Assembly: GCA_013239625.1 (NCBI GenBank)
Contig: MU054187.1
Span: 6,831,757 to 6,895,756 of the forward strand
Direction: 5' to 3'
Length of the DNA: 64,000 bases
Source of the DNA: Lama guanicoe
Taxonomy: Eukaryota
Positions 61,208-64,000 of the stretch are shown here, piece by piece (position 1 is the stretch's first letter; every line of letters starts with the position of its first letter). A model generated the notes under the pieces. It saw nothing but the letters and a program-made list of their open reading frames with translations, was not told the origin of the DNA and did no database searches. The position numbers were made by a program, and so were the translations under genes.

Positions 61208-62974
61208 ATGTTTTAATTTCTTAATTAATTGCAATTGTGGAGAAATTGGGAGAGGCCACACAAAAATACAGTTTTCAGCCTTTTCTTGACAATCTGTAGA
61301 GCAGGCAGTGCTGTTTCAGCTCTCTGCAGGGCACCAGTTGGCTGAGGCCGAGTCATGGCTGCCCCTTTAAACAAGTTCACCACATTTCCCATCCAGACTG
61401 CTTCCATGACCACGCCTCCTGCCTGGCCCTGCGCACACTGATGTTTGCACACCTACTGTTATTGTTAAAATGAACATAGCAGAATTTCAGGAATATCATT
61501 TTTTTTCACTTATCAAAGCAAGATGTATTTCAAAAGGTACATAAAGACAATTGACTTAAACTTCAGTAGTAATATTTAGAGCCACCTGTAGCTATAAAAT
61601 GACAAATAAACAGATTAATCATGTAATTACAGTTTTAAAATTGATTGTTTCGAAACGGCAGGGATTTATTTTTGGTTTGTGCTTTTGTTTTTGGTTTTTT
61701 GCTTGTTATTTTAAACCTTAAGTGAAAAAAGGACATTATTGGCTCCACATTCTCAACTCTTTGTAGCTTTGGATTTTTTTTCTTCCATGCATATGAATCC
61801 TTTGAATTCAACGAGGGCTGACTGCAGAGGACTGTTTGTGCAATCCAATCAGGCTTATTTCAATTTCAAGTGCAGGAGACAGGCATGCTTTTCATGGCCT
61901 CCTTTGTGAAGCTATGATGGATTGACTAGTGTCGAGTTAGTAAGATTTCCAGGAAAGGACAGTACAAATGCTGTCCTTAGCAGCCTGTTAATAAATAGAC
62001 CTCAAGTCTTGAATCTTCCACTTGGTATTTTATCTTAGGAGTGGAGTAAAGCTCCATGAAAACACAGAATACATTTCACTTTGCACTTTTATCTGAAAAG
62101 CTACCAGTATTTCCATTCCCACATGGTTCTAATAAGAAGTGCAAGGAAGGAAGTTTTGTGTAAAAGAACATACAGACCTGTAAGAGCAAGAACTGGTAAG
62201 ACAAAGAAGTGGAGCTTCATGCTAATCTAAATGTACTGTCCGAACGTATTCTTATTTGCTGTACCCGTTTAAAAATACTTTGTGTTTAGGGAGAACTGTA
62301 GTGCTTGGTTCATGGATTCTTCTTTCCGTCCCAATTCCTGCCATGTTCAGGGAGGCAGTGTTTTTTGACTACTGGGTGTCTGTTTTCACTTCCAATTAAC
62401 TGTTTTTCCCAGTCCCTCCCATGATGGTGATCTGGACCTCTGTATCAGCCAGCATTCCTTCATCTTTGAAATCCTGAACTCCTACAGGCCATTTTCTGAA
62501 TCTAGCCCTCAATAGATTGAGATCCTATTAGGGATGCTCTAGTCTTCTTCAGACATAAATACTGGCCTTTTTGTCTCATTTTATGCTACCACCATGTCCC
62601 CGTTTTCTGAGAGTCTCCTCCTGTGGTCTCTGTGACTCCATTTGTAGAAGACAGTAGTGTCTCATTTACTATATGGACTCCAGCAGACAGTGATGGGTTT
62701 CATAATGCAATCCCTAATAGAAACTGCACAACAGAGGATAAGTGCCTAATAAAATTTTCAATAAGAAAAATGGCTTAGGACAGTGACTTTGGACAGCTTG
62801 TATTATTGCAGGAACAACTGGTAAAATTCCAGGGTCCTGCTCTGATTAGCCTGTATTAAAAATTTTATTCAAAGACATGTTTATTTTGGCTTAATAGTTA
62901 ATCAAACAGGAAAAAAATATCTGAATTGTCTACATCAACTCATTATAATCTGTCCTGTGCCCAGCTGAAAAAAG

Positions 62975-63478
62975 TTAAAACAAGATTTTGTTTTATGTCT
63001 ATTTCTCTTTTAAGAGACTTATTTAATATATTTTGTTGATTCATTGACTTTTGACTCACAGACTGCAGCACCATACTCGGGCCTGAACACAGCTTACCTA
63101 ACACACGTATTTCCTCCACCAGGCCCTCCACAGCCACCTTGGGCTTAGGAACACTGGACTTTCAGAACTCAGGAACACTTCAGCACTAAGACTGGGGGCC
63201 ACTTGAACAACAAAATCCCCAGCAAAAGGCACAAAAATGTGGAAAGTATGGCACTAAGTAGACTGGGAAAAGGACACATGTTGACAGTATGAGTAGTGAA
63301 ACAAGAGGGCAAAGTATCACCTAATTTGTCTTCACTTGGGAACCTGCCTTCACGGACTCAAATTTTCCCCTGCAAATGCCTGCAGAGGTGCTGCGGGTAG
63401 TGATTAGGGGTTAAAAACACATGTTCACTAGTAGCAGACTTTGCAAATAAAGGTTCTGTGAATAATGAGAATTGACTG
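62975..63478 (-). mobile_element. MER82/Tigger6-like DNA transposon fragment
   Basis: Terminal GAATAATGAGAATTGACTG|TA. The reverse complement TTTTTGTGCCTTTTGCTGGGGATTTTG..GTGGCCCCCAG aligns with ~410-460 of the first copy. Confidence 0.75.
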
Positions 63479-63480
63479 TA

Positions 63481-63508
63481 GTGTGTGTGTGTGTGTGTGT
63501 GTGTGTGT
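63481..63508. repeat. (GT)14 microsatellite
   Basis: Directly visible perfect dinucleotide repeat. Confidence 0.95.
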
Positions 63509-64000
63509 ATTCTCTGGTGTATTTTCAATTTTTTTTTTTTTTACTGATAATGGTACCTGATAAAATAAGTTTAGATAGAAGTGACCTAGAAATTAAAGCT
63601 TCAGCTACGCAGGCAGGCATTCCAGAAATTTACTAACCTGGTGTCTAATTCTCTCTGACTCCTAGTCGTCTACTACTGTAACTACTTCTACTTGTTATGA
63701 GGCTTGCAGTTATTTCTTTGTAATCTTATTTCTCCTTCCAGACAGTGGCAGGGGCCAGGTTTCACTTCCCGACACCCACTACAGTGCTTGGTAAACTCTA
63801 CAGGCATGACATAGCAATCCTAATCATGGTCATAGCACACACCAGATCAGCGTCACTGCACCACTACCGCATGGTCATGACAGGGAAATATGACTAAGGC
63901 TTAGTTTTTAACCCAAACGGAAATTTGAAAAAGATGATACTTGGCTATCTCTTTCAAATTTTAAAACTAGTTATCACTAACAATTCTTGAAGCAAAATGT

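Noticed and set aside
192..63478. Two inverted MER82-like elements near the window ends, suggesting a giant composite transposon
   Set aside because: Both are highly diverged copies of an abundant ancient family, each with its own termini. There is no shared TSD and no transposase between them.

Overview
This is a 64 kb window of AT-rich mammalian non-coding DNA, either intergenic or deep intronic. It is most likely from a camelid, inferred from the tRNA-derived SINEs (GGGGAGGGTATAGCTCAGTGGTAGAG...) and young L1 3' ends (...CATTGTAAAATGACTATAACTCAATAAAAAA). I find no supportable protein-coding gene, RNA gene or CRISPR-like system. The listed ORFs are short and explained by repeats, low complexity or chance. 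The window is a layered record of transposable elements: ancient L2, L3, MIR and L1M fragments; DNA transposons (MER82-like, MER58, MER20, MER5, MER8, MER46C and ORSL-like); MaLR/ERVL LTR elements; and lineage-specific SINE and L1 insertions with target-site duplications (TSDs). The most interesting items are a probable L1 3' transduction (36.3-36.6 kb), a SINE-L1 chimeric insertion (31.5-31.7 kb) and an internally deleted two-LTR ERVL provirus (48.5-50.6 kb). Also notable are CpG/GC-gaining old L1 sequence next to a GC-box cluster (~45 kb), a homeobox/SOX-POU motif cluster (~20.3-20.6 kb) and a few unverified candidate exons. Repeat family names come from recognition of consensus motifs, not a database search, and boundaries are approximate.
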